Assembly: GCA_045593305.1 (NCBI GenBank) | Contig: JAZNWI010000181.1 | Location: 8,831-72,830, forward strand | Reading direction: 5' to 3' | DNA: 64,000 nucleotides | DNA from: Clostridia bacterium | GTDB taxonomy: Bacteria > Bacillota > Clostridia > UBA1381 | In this document: one piece after another, positions 8,802 to 17,873 of the stretch | How positions within the stretch are numbered: the first letter of the stretch is position 1 | Layout of the letters: the number at the start of each line of letters is the position of its first letter | Notes under the pieces: generated by a model | Seen by the model: only the letters and a program-made list of their open reading frames with translations | What the model was told of the DNA's origin: nothing | Database searches by the model: none | Translations under genes and position numbers: made by a program

Positions 8802-10805
8802 ATGAATATTCAGGTGATTGGGATGTTAGATAAAGGTACGCCGGTATTCGGTAATTGGAGCGTTGATGAAAAGATCGGCTCCGGGGCTTTCGGTACCGTG
8901 TATAAAATAAAAAGAGAAGAATTCGGCAGAACATATTTTGCCGCTATGAAGGTTATTAAAATACCGCAGGATAAGTCGGAATATAAAAGACTTCGCAGCG
9001 AAGGTATGGACGATGAAAGCATATCTACATATTACGGACAGATTGCCGAAGATTTCATAAAAGAAATCGAGATGCTTTCTTCTCTTGACGGTATTACGAA
9101 CATAGTTGATTACAAGGACCATATTATAGAATCTTGTGCTGATTTAGGTTACACGATTTATATTAAAATGCAGTTGTTGACACCTTTATCAAATCAGCTT
9201 GTTAAAGAAAACGGGCAGGTTAATTTCCTGCCCTATGATGAAATACTGAATTTAGGTATCGACATTTGCTCGGCGCTTGAAACCTGCGAAAAGCATAATA
9301 TTATCCACCGCGATATTAAGGTGGATAACATTTTCGTTTCTTCAAACGGCGATTACAAATTGGGCGATTTCGGTATAGCAAAGCAGCTTGAAGCAACCCA
9401 AGGGGAGATGTCTAAAAAGGGCACATTGCTGTATATGGCTCCCGAGGTTTTCCGAGCCGAAAACTACGATAAAACTGCGGATATTTATTCGTTAGGCATT
9501 GTTCTGTATCGTCTGCTTAATAAAAACAGAGCGCCCTTTTTCCCCGAATATCCCACACCCATAAAATTTACCGATAAGGAACAAGCTAATACAAAGCGTT
9601 TAAACGGCGAAGATTTCCCCGATATCAGCGATATAAGCGGCGAGCTTATGAATGTTTTGAAAAAAGCCTGCGCATTTAACCCGAAAGACAGATATCAGAG
9701 CGCAAGCGAATTCAAAAAAGCACTTAAAGCCGTAAAAAAAGCCAAGGCTGAAACCGAAGAAGAGGAAATTACCGCTATTCCCGTGGCGCCTGCTCCGATT
9801 GTTGAAACTCCCGTTGAGGATGATTCTTTAGAAGCAACAGCAAGCGCGTTCAATGACGAAATACCACAGGTGGATTATATCCCTCAAAACGAGGTTGACG
9901 AAACGGTTGAAGAGGATGACTTAGAAGCAACAGCAAGCGCGTTCAACGATGAAATACCGCAGGTCGATTATATCCCGCAAAACGAGGTTGACGAAGTTGT
10001 TGAGGATGATGATTTAGAGGCAACGGCAAGCGCATTTAATGACGAAATACCGCAGGCTGAATATATCCCTCAAAACGAGGTTGACGAAGCTGTTACGGAG
10101 GACGATTTAGAAGCAACTCAGAGTGAGTTTGATAATCAAACACCTGAAGAAATCGCTTCCGAAGATGATGCCGTAGAGAAAAAACGTAATGGTAATCGTA
10201 TTAGTGCATGGGGATTACTTACAGTAATAGTAGTGTGTTTTGTTATTGGTACTTTAACCATGAACCAAACATCGGGTTATCAGCCTGAAGAAACAAAAAC
10301 CTCGATACAGCTGGCTGAAATAGATGGGAAAGATTGTGGAGAGGTTGAAAGCCTGCTCTATAATGCCGGGATTGACTACTATTATACAGATGTTTATTCC
10401 TCAACCTACGAATACGGCACTATTATTGGTGAAGGTCGTGACGGTTGGAGAGATAGTTCGTATGCTTACACCGGAGATACTGTAGAGCTGCTTTTCAGTT
10501 GCGGACCGGCTGACGCTGCTTGGGCATACGGTGAGCCTGATAATTACGACGGTGTAGTAACAGAAGATGGTTTGTTTTATGTGGAACTTATGGCAGAAGA
10601 TGGGTCTTTTTATAGAGATGACGCAAACCTTTATACTTGGGAGCGTTTGATGGAGGTTTATGGTTCCAATATGGTTCCGGAGCGCCAGCCAAGAGATATA
10701 ATTGATGACCCTATGATGGGGGATGTGACATTAAACGGTAAGGAGGTTTATATTGGGTACAATGTCGGCCCATACTGGCGCTATGACTACGAAATCTGGG
10801 ATTAA
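8802..10805 (+). CDS. Hanks-type Ser/Thr protein kinase, membrane-anchored, with acidic repeat linker and extracytoplasmic domain
   Basis: Kinase motifs GSGAFGTVY, AMKVIK, HRDIKVDNIF, DFGIA, MAPE. TM segment WGLLTVIVVCFVIGTL. One PASTA-like segment in the C-terminal domain. An alternative start ATG 8823 would match the paralog's N-terminus. Confidence 0.9.
   Translation: MNIQVIGMLDKGTPVFGNWSVDEKIGSGAFGTVYKIKREEFGRTYFAAMKVIKIPQDKSEYKRLRSEGMDDESISTYYGQIAEDFIKEIEMLSSLDGITNIVDYKDHIIESCADLGYTIYIKMQLLTPLSNQLVKENGQVNFLPYDEILNLGIDICSALETCEKHNIIHRDIKVDNIFVSSNGDYKLGDFGIAKQLEATQGEMSKKGTLLYMAPEVFRAENYDKTADIYSLGIVLYRLLNKNRAPFFPEYPTPIKFTDKEQANTKRLNGEDFPDISDISGELMNVLKKACAFNPKDRYQSASEFKKALKAVKKAKAETEEEEITAIPVAPAPIVETPVEDDSLEATASAFNDEIPQVDYIPQNEVDETVEEDDLEATASAFNDEIPQVDYIPQNEVDEVVEDDDLEATASAFNDEIPQAEYIPQNEVDEAVTEDDLEATQSEFDNQTPEEIASEDDAVEKKRNGNRISAWGLLTVIVVCFVIGTLTMNQTSGYQPEETKTSIQLAEIDGKDCGEVESLLYNAGIDYYYTDVYSSTYEYGTIIGEGRDGWRDSSYAYTGDTVELLFSCGPADAAWAYGEPDNYDGVVTEDGLFYVELMAEDGSFYRDDANLYTWERLMEVYGSNMVPERQPRDIIDDPMMGDVTLNGKEVYIGYNVGPYWRYDYEIWD
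9816..10151 (+). repeat. In-frame 93-bp tandem repeat, 3 full units plus 1 partial, encoding DDLEATASAFNDEIPQVDYIPQNEVDExVEE
   Basis: The LEAT codons recur at 9828, 9921, 10014 and 10107, an exact 93-nt period. Confidence 0.9.
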
Positions 10806-10826
10806 TAATTATAAAAGGGTGAAATT

Positions 10827-12551
10827 ATGTTAGATATAGGCACAAAGGTCTTTGGTGATTGGACCGTTGATGAAAAAATCGGTTCCGGTGCATTCGGAAC
10901 GGTTTACAGAATAAAAAAAGAGGATTTCGGCAATTTTTACTACGCCGCGATGAAGGTTATTCGTATCCCCCAGGATAAAGCTGACCACGACAAGCTTCGT
11001 ACCGAAGGTATGGATGACGAGAGCATTTCTTTGTATTACGGACAAATTGCTCAGGATTTCATTAAGGAAATTAAATTGCTTTCCTCTCTCGACGGAATAA
11101 CGAATATTGTTGATTACAAGGACCACAGCATCGTCCTTAATGAGGATTTCGGGTACACGATTTACATAAAAATGCAGTTGCTGACTCCTTTAAGCAAAAA
11201 GCTTATTGATGAAAATAAGCAGGTGTTATTTATGTCCGTTGACGAGGTGTTGGATTTAGGTATGGATATCTGTACCGCCCTTGAAACCTGCGAAAAGCAT
11301 AATATTATTCACCGCGATATTAAGGTGGATAACATTTTCGTTTCCTCTAACGGCGATTATAAACTTGGCGATTTCGGAATAGCAAGACAGCTTGAAGCTA
11401 CCCAGGGCGAAATGTCTAAAAAGGGTACGCTTATGTATATGGCGCCGGAAGTGTTCAGGGGAGAGAACTACAACAAAACAGCAGATATTTATTCTTTGGG
11501 TATAGTGTTGTATCGTTTGCTTAATAAAAACAGAGCCCCGTTTTTTCCCGAGTATCCTACTCCAATAAAATTTACAGATAAAGAGGATGCCAACGCTAAA
11601 CGCCTGAAAGGCGAGGCGTTCCCGGATATAAGCGGCGTAAGCGCGGAGCTTGTGGCTGTTTTAAGAAAAGCCTGCGCATTCAACCCTGAGGAAAGATATC
11701 AGACCGCAGGAGATTTCAAGAGAGCCTTGAAATCCATAAAAAAAGGTGCTGCACAATCCGTTCAGCCGCAGGCAGAAGAAAAAGCTTCTGAGCCTCAGGT
11801 TGTTGAAGACGAATATGAAGCAACAGGTAGCGCTTTTAATATGGAGATACCCGAGGTTGAAACAAAAGAAGCACCTGCTATTGAGGAATGTTTTGCAGAA
11901 GATACCGACTTAGAAGCAACAGGCAGCGCTTTTAATATGGAGATCCCTGCCTTTGAAACGAAAGCAGCACCTATTGTTGAGCCTTCTTTTGCGGAAGATA
12001 CCGATTTAGAAGCAACAGGCAGTGCTTTTAATATGGAGATCCCTGCCTTTGAAACGAAAGCAGCACCTATTGTTGAGCCTTCTTTTGCGGAAGATACGGC
12101 TTTGGATGAAACTGTTGGTGTGTTTAACAATATTCCGTTTTATGCTGAACAATCAGAAGAAGCCGAACAAAAAACCAAAAAGCAAAAAGCCGGAAAAAAA
12201 CAAAAGAAGCAAAAAGCCAAAAAAGCCGGGAAAGCCGATAAATTACAAGAGCCGATGGCGGAAATAGGCGGCGTATTAAACGAAGCGAAGGAAAAGGGCA
12301 TAACAAAAAAACTGAGCCAAAAAACAAAGGTTTTGATGATAATAAATATAATTCTTGCTGTTGTATCAGCGGTCGTAGCTTTGATATTTGGGGCTTATTA
12401 TATTTTGGCTATAATTGGCATTGCAATATCTGCCGGCAATTTAATCAGCTTACTTGTGATTCTGTTCAAATATAAAATAATACCTTTAATAAAGCGCTTA
12501 TTTAATATCATTAATTCACTTTTTGGAGCTATAAAGGGTATAAAGAAATAA
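10827..12551 (+). CDS. Hanks-type Ser/Thr protein kinase paralog with repeat linker, Lys-rich tract and C-terminal double TM
   Basis: Same kinase motifs as the upstream gene. Long runs of near-identical nucleotide sequence across the catalytic core. C-terminal hydrophobic stretch VLMIINIILAVVSAVVALIFGAYYILAIIGIAISAGNLISLLVILF. No ectodomain. Confidence 0.9.
   Translation: MLDIGTKVFGDWTVDEKIGSGAFGTVYRIKKEDFGNFYYAAMKVIRIPQDKADHDKLRTEGMDDESISLYYGQIAQDFIKEIKLLSSLDGITNIVDYKDHSIVLNEDFGYTIYIKMQLLTPLSKKLIDENKQVLFMSVDEVLDLGMDICTALETCEKHNIIHRDIKVDNIFVSSNGDYKLGDFGIARQLEATQGEMSKKGTLMYMAPEVFRGENYNKTADIYSLGIVLYRLLNKNRAPFFPEYPTPIKFTDKEDANAKRLKGEAFPDISGVSAELVAVLRKACAFNPEERYQTAGDFKRALKSIKKGAAQSVQPQAEEKASEPQVVEDEYEATGSAFNMEIPEVETKEAPAIEECFAEDTDLEATGSAFNMEIPAFETKAAPIVEPSFAEDTDLEATGSAFNMEIPAFETKAAPIVEPSFAEDTALDETVGVFNNIPFYAEQSEEAEQKTKKQKAGKKQKKQKAKKAGKADKLQEPMAEIGGVLNEAKEKGITKKLSQKTKVLMIINIILAVVSAVVALIFGAYYILAIIGIAISAGNLISLLVILFKYKIIPLIKRLFNIINSLFGAIKGIKK
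11814..12140 (+). repeat. In-frame 96-bp tandem repeat, 3 units plus 1 degenerate, encoding LEATGSAFNMEIPAFETKAAPIVEPSFAEDTD
   Basis: Unit starts at 11814, 11910, 12006 and 12102. Units 2 and 3 are almost identical at DNA level. Confidence 0.9.
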
Positions 12552-12575
12552 AAGTTTAATAAAAGGAAAATTATT

Positions 12576-13592
12576 ATGGCGAATCTTCTTATTTCAGGCT
12601 ACGCTCGCAGTAACGTAGGTAAAAAACGAAGCAACAACGAGGATAATTTTTATCTCTCGGGTGTTACTGTTGATTCTGCTAACGATATTTCAGCGGAGTA
12701 CGAGTATTCATCAAAAATAGCCACCGCTGTTTTCGACGGTATGGGTGGCGAGGCCGCCGGAGAAAAGGCATCTCAGACGGCGGCGGTTACATTCGGCGAA
12801 AAAATCGTGGAGGTTATTAGTTCCGATTTTTCCGAAAATGTAATCGGCTCGGTAATAGAAAGTGCTAACAGCGCCGTTTGTGCCGAAATGCGCAAAATCG
12901 GAAAGCGTATGGGTTGTACATTCGTATCGCTTGGCTTTTCCGACGGAAAAATATATATTTCAAATGTCGGGGACAGCCGCGCCTATCTTTTGAGAGATGG
13001 TAAACTGATTTGCCTCAGCAAGGACCATACGATTGCTCAGACTATGGTTGATGCAGGTATGGTTTCCTACGAAGAGTCTCAAAAAATAAAAGAGAAGCAC
13101 AAATTAACTCAGCATATCGGCATTTTCCCCGAAGAAATGATTATCGAGCCCTATTTCAAGACCATAGCCGCCAAAGAGAATGATGTGATTTTACTTTGTA
13201 GCGATGGGCTTACGGATATGTTGACTGATGATGAAATTAAGGATGTTTTGTTGGGGAATGCTACGGTTAAGCAAAAGGCTGACGCACTAGTGGAAGCGGC
13301 TCTTGGAAAAGGCGGTAAGGATAATGTTACGGTTGTTGTAGCTTCTGTTTCCGCCAAAAACACAGTAGCGGCAATCACCAAAGAAAAGCGCAGACCGAAA
13401 AAATGCAACAAAAAGAAGCTGGCTGTAACAGGTGCGATTTTTGGTGCAGTTGCGATTATTATCACTTTGATTTTACTGCTTTTGAGTAGTGGCGTTTTTG
13501 ATTCAAAGGATAAGGATAACGGCGGTAAAAGCACACAAACAATATTTAGTGATATCTTTACAAGTGAAAAGAAAGAAGCCCCGAAGGTTTAG
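12576..13592 (+). CDS. PP2C (PPM) family Ser/Thr phosphatase with C-terminal TM anchor
   Basis: Motifs AVFDGMGGEAAGE, NVGDSRAYLL, LLCSDGLTDML, GGKDNVTVVV. TM segment VTGAIFGAVAIIITLILLLL. Confidence 0.9.
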   Translation: MANLLISGYARSNVGKKRSNNEDNFYLSGVTVDSANDISAEYEYSSKIATAVFDGMGGEAAGEKASQTAAVTFGEKIVEVISSDFSENVIGSVIESANSAVCAEMRKIGKRMGCTFVSLGFSDGKIYISNVGDSRAYLLRDGKLICLSKDHTIAQTMVDAGMVSYEESQKIKEKHKLTQHIGIFPEEMIIEPYFKTIAAKENDVILLCSDGLTDMLTDDEIKDVLLGNATVKQKADALVEAALGKGGKDNVTVVVASVSAKNTVAAITKEKRRPKKCNKKKLAVTGAIFGAVAIIITLILLLLSSGVFDSKDKDNGGKSTQTIFSDIFTSEKKEAPKV

Positions 13593-13618
13593 GGTATAGC
13601 ATTACTGAAACTAAAAAA

Positions 13619-13668
13619 GCCTCGTCAGGATTGCGGCGTTTTCCGCTTTCCCGACGGGGCAATTTTTA
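13619..13668 (+). terminator. Rho-independent terminator after the kinase/phosphatase genes
   Basis: GCCTCGTCAGG...CCCGACGGGGC stem with an inner GCGG/CCGC stem, followed by AATTTTTA. Confidence 0.6.
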
Positions 13669-13787
13669 TGCTCTCGTATGGTAAAACCGATACTGTAAAA
13701 ACAGTGGTTTATTTATAATGAAATAAATGGTGCATTTTAATATGATGTATGTTATGATAAATAAAAAGGTCGGAGGCGTGAGCTTTT

Positions 13788-15263
13788 ATGACAACCAAGG
13801 AATATTTAAATCTGATTGATACTGTAAATGAAAACGGTAAATATAAAGCGGATTGGTCATCTCTTTCCCACCATAAGGTGCCCGAGTGGTATATGCGGGA
13901 TAAATTAGGTGTGTTTATTCATTGGGGTGTTTACAGCGTTCCTGCCTTTGGAAGCGAATGGTATTCCCGCGAAATGTATTGGGAGGGAACAAACGAGTTC
14001 AAGCACCATGTTGAAAACTATGGTAAGCAGGATGAGTTCGGGTATAAAGATTTTATTCCTATGTTCAAGGCTGAGAGGTTTGATGCTTCGGCTTGGATAT
14101 CGCTTTTTAAGAAATCCGGTATCAGATATGTTATGCCTGTTGCGGAGCATCACGATGGCTTCGCAATGTACGATACAGAGTTCAACCGATGGAATTCCAA
14201 AGAAATGGGCCCCTGCCGCGATGTTGTAGGCGAATTGAAAGCAGAGTGCGAAAAACAAGGGTTGGAGCTTTGCGCATCAACTCACCGTGCGGAGCATTAT
14301 TTCTTTATGAATGGCGGCAGAGAATATGACAGCGATGTAAATGATGAAAACTACAGAGATTTTTACGGTCCTGCTGTTTACTGCGAAGAATTTCATTCGG
14401 GCAGGCTTCACAAATATACTGCCGATACATATTCAAAAGGTGCAAGTACGCAGTGGCTTGAGGATTGGCTTGTGAGAACCTGTGAGATAATTGATAAATA
14501 TCAACCTTCAGTATTATATTTTGATTGGTGGATTCATAATCATTCCTTTAAGCCGTACCTTAAAAAGCTTGCGGCATACTACTACAACCGCGCTGAAGAA
14601 TGGGGTAAGGAGGTTACCATCAATTACAAGCACGAGGCTTTTCCGCCTACGGTTGCAACCTTCGATGTTGAGCGCGGTGCATTGTCGGGTATTTCCCCCA
14701 TTTATTGGCAGACCGATACGGCTATCGGAAAACACTCGTGGGGTTACAGGAAGGACAACAAATATAAAAGCGCCCGTCAGGTTATTTGCGACCTCGTTGA
14801 CATTGTAAGTAAAAACGGAAATCTTCTTATAAATATAGGTCCCAAGCCTGACGGAACAATAACCGATGAAGAGACTAAGGTTTTACTTGATATGGGGCGA
14901 TGGCTCGAAATAAACGGCGAAGGTATTTACGGAACAACCTTCTGGAAAACTTTTGGGGAAGGCGAGGTTAACGCAGAAGACGGTTTCTTTAAGGATAATG
15001 AAGAAAAGGCTTTTACAAATGAAGACTTCAGATTTACTTTTAAAAATGGTTATCTGTATGCTTTCCAGATGCGCCCGTCAAATACAGTCAGAATCAAAAC
15101 TCTTCGAAAACACAATCCGCACGATTATCTTATAGAGAGTATCGAACTTCTTGGTACTGATGAAAAAATTGAATTTGACAGAAATGAAGAGTATCTTGAA
15201 ATCAACCTGAAAGGCGAATTTGCAAAGAATTTGCCAATTTGCTTCAAAATAGAATTAGGCTAA
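13788..15263 (+). CDS. alpha-L-fucosidase (GH29)
   Basis: GVFIHWGVYSVPAFGSEWYSREMY signature. 491 aa. No signal peptide. Confidence 0.9.
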   Translation: MTTKEYLNLIDTVNENGKYKADWSSLSHHKVPEWYMRDKLGVFIHWGVYSVPAFGSEWYSREMYWEGTNEFKHHVENYGKQDEFGYKDFIPMFKAERFDASAWISLFKKSGIRYVMPVAEHHDGFAMYDTEFNRWNSKEMGPCRDVVGELKAECEKQGLELCASTHRAEHYFFMNGGREYDSDVNDENYRDFYGPAVYCEEFHSGRLHKYTADTYSKGASTQWLEDWLVRTCEIIDKYQPSVLYFDWWIHNHSFKPYLKKLAAYYYNRAEEWGKEVTINYKHEAFPPTVATFDVERGALSGISPIYWQTDTAIGKHSWGYRKDNKYKSARQVICDLVDIVSKNGNLLINIGPKPDGTITDEETKVLLDMGRWLEINGEGIYGTTFWKTFGEGEVNAEDGFFKDNEEKAFTNEDFRFTFKNGYLYAFQMRPSNTVRIKTLRKHNPHDYLIESIELLGTDEKIEFDRNEEYLEINLKGEFAKNLPICFKIELG

Positions 15264-15266
15264 AAA

Positions 15267-15311
15267 ACACACCCAACTGTTATGCTTTTCATAACGGTTG
15301 GGTGTGTTGTT
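15267..15311 (+). terminator. Rho-independent terminator
   Basis: 18-bp stem ACACACCCAACTGTTATG / CATAACGGTTGGGTGTGT with one G-T pair, followed by a T-rich tail. Confidence 0.75.
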
Positions 15312-15530
15312 ATCTATCTGTTTAATTGATTTTTATAAGAATAAAGGTTAAAGGTAAGGGATTTGTTTTAACGCTCATATTCAGTTGTGAATGAAAAGCT
15401 CAACGCAGAAAACAGAAACGCCATAATCATCCGGTTGTTATTATAGCTGAAGTATCCCTGCTCGTATATTCAAGTCAAAACAAATTTTCTCATAAAACAT
15501 AAGAAAATTTAGCTATAATAAGACACTTTA

Positions 15531-15570
15531 GTGCAACTTAGTGCCTCTAAAATGCAACTTGCGCTTGACC
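15531..15570 (+). promoter_or_regulatory. Direct repeats (TGCAACTT x2, 21-bp period) abutting a TTGACC -35-like hexamer; candidate LytTR operator
   Basis: GTGCAACTT at 15531-15539 and ATGCAACTT at 15552-15560. TTGACC at 15565-15570. Lies upstream of the ABC/LytTR operon. Confidence 0.45.
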
Positions 15571-15625
15571 GTATTGTAAATTGAAAATGTATTTGTTAAA
15601 GTGATGTTACAGGGAGGCGATAGAT

Positions 15626-16516
15626 ATGAAGTCTATTGAAATAAATAACCTTACTAAAAAATACGGCGATTTTACTGCAGTGGATAATATTTCTTTTTTC
15701 GCTTGCGACGGTGAGTTTGTTGGTTTTTTAGGCGTTAACGGAGCAGGCAAATCTACCACGATAAATATAATGTCAACCTTGCTTGCGCCTACTGACGGTG
15801 ATGTTAAAATCTGCGGATACGATTTATCGCAAGATACCAAGATAAGAGAAAATATAGGTGTTGTATATCAGGAAAATGTTCTTGATGATTTGTTGACAGT
15901 TAATGAAAATTTACTATGCCGAGGAGTGCTTCACGGAATTACAAAAAAACAGGCACAGGAAAAAGCACTGGAATTAAGCGAGATTTTTGGGATTGGAAAA
16001 ATACTTGATAAAAAATATAAATACCTGTCCGGTGGACAAAAAAGACGATGCGAAATAGTGGCGGCTCTTATGCATACACCGAAAATACTTTTTCTTGATG
16101 AACCGACAACAGGACTTGACCCGGCAGCTCGTATTGAAGTCTGGAATACAGTAAAGTTGATGCGTGAGAAAACGAATATGACGGTTTTTCTTACGACACA
16201 TTATATGGAAGAAGCTGCACAGGCGGATAAAATAATTATAATAGATAAGGGTAAATTAATTGCAGAAGGAAGTCCTTTTGAGCTTAAAGAAAAATATGCA
16301 TATGATTACTTGCGGATTTACACAGATGAAAACATTGAGTGTAAATTAAAAAACTTTGAATATAGAAAACAGGGTAACGAAGTGATGATAAAATTGAAAA
16401 AAACAAATGATGCTATTGAAATTATAAATGAATTAAAAGGTAGCTTCAGTGGTTTTGAAGTCGTTCAAGGAACCCTTGACGACGTGTTTATAAATGCGAC
16501 GGGAGGATTATTATGA
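15626..16516 (+). CDS. ABC transporter ATP-binding protein
   Basis: Walker A GVNGAGKST, signature LSGGQKRR, Walker B LFLDEPTTGLD. Confidence 0.9.
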   Translation: MKSIEINNLTKKYGDFTAVDNISFFACDGEFVGFLGVNGAGKSTTINIMSTLLAPTDGDVKICGYDLSQDTKIRENIGVVYQENVLDDLLTVNENLLCRGVLHGITKKQAQEKALELSEIFGIGKILDKKYKYLSGGQKRRCEIVAALMHTPKILFLDEPTTGLDPAARIEVWNTVKLMREKTNMTVFLTTHYMEEAAQADKIIIIDKGKLIAEGSPFELKEKYAYDYLRIYTDENIECKLKNFEYRKQGNEVMIKLKKTNDAIEIINELKGSFSGFEVVQGTLDDVFINATGGLL

Positions 16517-17427
16517 CACAATATACACAATTGGTTAAAAGAAATTTATTGATGTATCTTAGGGATAAGGGAACAGTTTTCTTTTCGCTGTTGTCAATGC
16601 TTGTAGTGTTGTGCCTTATGATATTTTTCCTCGGTGATATTAACATTGATATGTTAACGGATAATCTTGCCGCATTACCGAACAGAAACGCCGCAGAAGA
16701 TAAAACTAACGCTTTTTTATTGGTTTTAGCGTGGACAATCGGCGGTATAGTTCCCAGTAATGCGGTTATGGTTACGCTTTCATCTTATTCGGCTATGATA
16801 AAAGATAAGAACAGTAAACGCAGCGATGCTATTTATACATCACCGGTAAACAGGGGGATTATAGCATTATCATACATAACTTCAACTTGTTTATCTGCCA
16901 TTATAATATGTTCACTCACATTTACGATTGCCGAAATATATTTTGTGATAAAGGGAGCATCTGCTTTATCGCTATTTTCACATATTAAAGTTTTTCTGTT
17001 TATAATAGTTAGTTCTTTTTCGTATTCTGCTATAATGTATTTATTCGCTACACTAGTAAAGAGCGAAAGTGCCTGGAGTGGCTTCGGGACCGTAATAGGA
17101 GCTTTAGTCGGTTTCTTCGGCGGCACATATATGCCCATAGGTCAACTTTCACCTTTACTTCAAAATGTAGTAAAATGTACTCCTGTTATTTACAGTACGG
17201 TTATGTTCAGAAATGTAATATGTGAAGACATGATGGGTGTGTTGTTCGTGGATGTGCCTGAAGAAATTGCAAATATTTATGGTGAAACTATGGGGATAAG
17301 TATAAATTTATTTGATTGGAATATTTCACCATTGATTTGTTGTGTGTTTTTACTTGTTTCGGGTTTTGTATGCTTAGGCTTAGGAATGCTTGTTATTAAT
17401 TACAGAAGAAAGAATGGTGCGAAATGA
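16513..17427 (+). CDS. ABC-2 type transporter permease
   Basis: Start overlaps the ATPase stop. About 6 TM segments. 304 aa. Confidence 0.75.
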   Translation: MTQYTQLVKRNLLMYLRDKGTVFFSLLSMLVVLCLMIFFLGDINIDMLTDNLAALPNRNAAEDKTNAFLLVLAWTIGGIVPSNAVMVTLSSYSAMIKDKNSKRSDAIYTSPVNRGIIALSYITSTCLSAIIICSLTFTIAEIYFVIKGASALSLFSHIKVFLFIIVSSFSYSAIMYLFATLVKSESAWSGFGTVIGALVGFFGGTYMPIGQLSPLLQNVVKCTPVIYSTVMFRNVICEDMMGVLFVDVPEEIANIYGETMGISINLFDWNISPLICCVFLLVSGFVCLGLGMLVINYRRKNGAK

Positions 17428-17861
17428 AAATAACAATTGTAACACCTAAACCGAATGAAGAGGATGAAATCATAATAAAATGCAGAAATCTCGATGAAGA
17501 TTTAATGAAAATCATCTGTCGGTTAAAGGAAGAGGAAAGCAGAGTTACTGCTTATCAGGATAGAGATATAATTAAGTTGTATCCTAAAGATATTTATTAT
17601 TTTGAGTCCGTTGACAATAAGGTGTTTGCTTGTTGCGAAAAACAGGTTTATGAAGTGCGGCTGAAACTTTATGAAATTGAAGATGCTTTGTCAAACAGCG
17701 ATTTTATCAGAATATCAAAATCTGTTATTGTGAATTTATATAAAATAAAATCTGTTGCACCGATGTTTAACGGAAGATTTGAAGCAAAACTTCAGAATGA
17801 CGAAAAAATTATTATTTCAAGGCAGTATGTACCTGATTTGAAAAAAGCGTTAGGTATATAG
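17424..17861 (+). CDS. LytTR-domain DNA-binding protein (no receiver domain)
   Basis: IYYFESVDNKVFACCEKQVYEVRLKLYEIEDAL..FIRISKSVIVNLYKI is typical of the LytTR domain. 145 aa. Confidence 0.85.
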   Translation: MKITIVTPKPNEEDEIIIKCRNLDEDLMKIICRLKEEESRVTAYQDRDIIKLYPKDIYYFESVDNKVFACCEKQVYEVRLKLYEIEDALSNSDFIRISKSVIVNLYKIKSVAPMFNGRFEAKLQNDEKIIISRQYVPDLKKALGI

Positions 17862-17873
17862 GAGGTTAATGCA

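Noticed and set aside
11795-12130. 111-aa minus-strand ORF, and the plus-strand 12022-12267 ORF, overlapping the kinase-2 repeat and Lys-rich region
   Set aside because: These are open only because the tandem repeat and A-rich low-complexity DNA lack stops in other frames. The translations are repeat echoes (…AFVSKAGISILKALPVASKSVSSAKEGSTIG… x2) with no RBS. The kinase frame explains the sequence.
9816-12140. Regularly spaced 93-bp and 96-bp repeats considered as a possible CRISPR-like or satellite array
   Set aside because: The repeats are contiguous with no unique spacers. They are in-frame inside two kinase ORFs and conserve an amino-acid motif. They are coding tandem repeats.
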